Shown one piece after another: positions 62,746 to 64,000 of a stretch of 64,000 bases of DNA. The translations under genes and the position numbers were made by a program. Source of the DNA: Octopus bimaculoides. Lineage: Eukaryota. Location of the stretch: contig NC_068989.1 in NCBI RefSeq assembly GCF_001194135.2, positions 2,652,244-2,716,243 of the forward strand, read 5' to 3'. The notes under the pieces are model-generated. The model was not told where the DNA came from. It saw only the letters and a program-made list of their open reading frames with translations, and made no database searches. How positions within the stretch are numbered: the first letter of the stretch is position 1; every line of letters starts with the position of its first letter.

Positions 62746-64000
62746 TATTAGTGAAATTACAAATAGTAACGGAGAAAACGAGTTACCAAAGCGAAACCTG
62801 TTAATCTATGGTTGTTGGAATGTAAGAACTTTACAAGACAGCAAAGACAGCTTAGAACAAAAAACCGCGTTAATTGCAAAGATAGTCGACTCGTATAATA
62901 TTGGTATTTGGGAGTGGAATGCCAGCAGATGAGCCAAGAATTGATGATGCTGGATTAACCATTAAATGACTCTACTTCGTAAGTTGCCATCCATCCCACA
63001 AGCTGTTGATGTGCGTCTCATGACCTTTCGTATGTAGGCAATTTCTCATTTATGCACATTATCCGTGCTTATGCACCTACTTTGTCAGCATCTGAACAAG
63101 AACTTGACATTTTCTACGCTAAATTACAAACAGTTATCAATAAAATTGCGTTCCATGACAAAGTCATATTAATGGGCGGTTTTAATGCCAGAGTAAACAA
63201 ATACGCAGTGTAGTGAAAAGTAATCGGAAAACAAGGAATAGAAAAGATGTATGCAAGTAATTTACGACTGCTGTTGACAGTTTGGTTTAACAATTATAAA
63301 GACAGAGTTTCATCAGACAGATGAATATAAAGACATGGAAACATCCCCGATTTGGTAACTGGTAGATGCTTGGCTATGTCATGACTAAGAGAAAAGATTG
63401 CATTGGTGTAAGATTAACCAGAGCTCACAAAACTACCGAGTGTTACTCGGATAACAGAATGGTTCTCAGTAAGGTTTTTGTTAAACAAGGTACAAAGAAG
63501 ACATTGATATCCAATATTCCTCATGGAATAAATATCTTCGTTAAAAAATCCTGAAATGATAAAAAATTTTGAAACACATCTAAATTCAAAACCTGAGAAT
63601 ATAAATCATCTGTTGAAGTTCTAGGATTCGTCAAATGCAAGCATCAAGATTGGTTCGAAGAGAATGATTCTCAGATCAAATCTCTCCTGCAAACCATGCA
63701 GGAAAAGCGCAAGGCATGTATCTCAAACAAAAACTCGCGATCACTCAGATCTCTTCGAAGAAAACTGCTCAGAAAAAAATTCGTGAGATGAAAAATTGTT
63801 GGTGGACAAAATAAAAAAGAAAAACAAGAATTGGAACTGGTTGCGAACTCCCACAACTTCAGAGCATTGTATGGCAATTTCAAAGGCGTATTTGGTTCAA
63901 AAAAGGGAAATGTGGAGCTTATCCTTTTTAATGATGGGTCAAAACATTTAAGTGGCAAAGATCAAATTCTGAAAAGATGCGCTGAGCATTTTAAATCCGT
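62741..64000 (+). mobile_element. RTE (BovB-like) LINE ORF2 remnant, APE endonuclease and linker; runs off the window
   Basis: GCWNVRTLQDSKDS..KTALIA, RAYAPTL..FY..LQ, LMGGFNARV, WKHPR..W, SDNRMV, HQDWFEEND, QILKRCAEHF; multiple stops and frameshifts. Confidence 0.93.

Overview
AT-rich, repeat-saturated eukaryotic genomic DNA from a draft assembly with 12 N-gaps. It is not prokaryotic, and I see no CRISPR array, rRNA or intact long ORF. The SINE and LINE repertoire resembles what I recall of octopus (cephalopod) genomes; I could not verify this without a database search. Contents: (i) many microsatellites, which together with the N-gaps explain most entries in the ORF track; (ii) three tRNA-headed SINE families, labelled A, B and C here for convenience; (iii) decayed autonomous elements recognisable by peptide motifs: mariner, pogo/Tigger, piggyBac, Helitron, Penelope-like, RTE, R4/Dong-type RLE LINEs and a CCHC ORF1; (iv) a few weak candidate spliced exons of unknown genes. 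The most interesting structures are a tRNA-promoter element ending in a degenerate Penelope-type hammerhead ribozyme with an inverted tail copy upstream (12.5-12.8 kb), a tRNA-Thr-like core inside a ~27-bp inverted repeat (15.9-16.0 kb), a 171-bp solo-LTR-like insert (10.6-10.8 kb), a possible ~4-kb decayed Helitron enclosing a T-skewed tract (32.0-36.2 kb) and a foldback element (52.4-52.8 kb). I found no convincing evidence for a new protein-based biological system.
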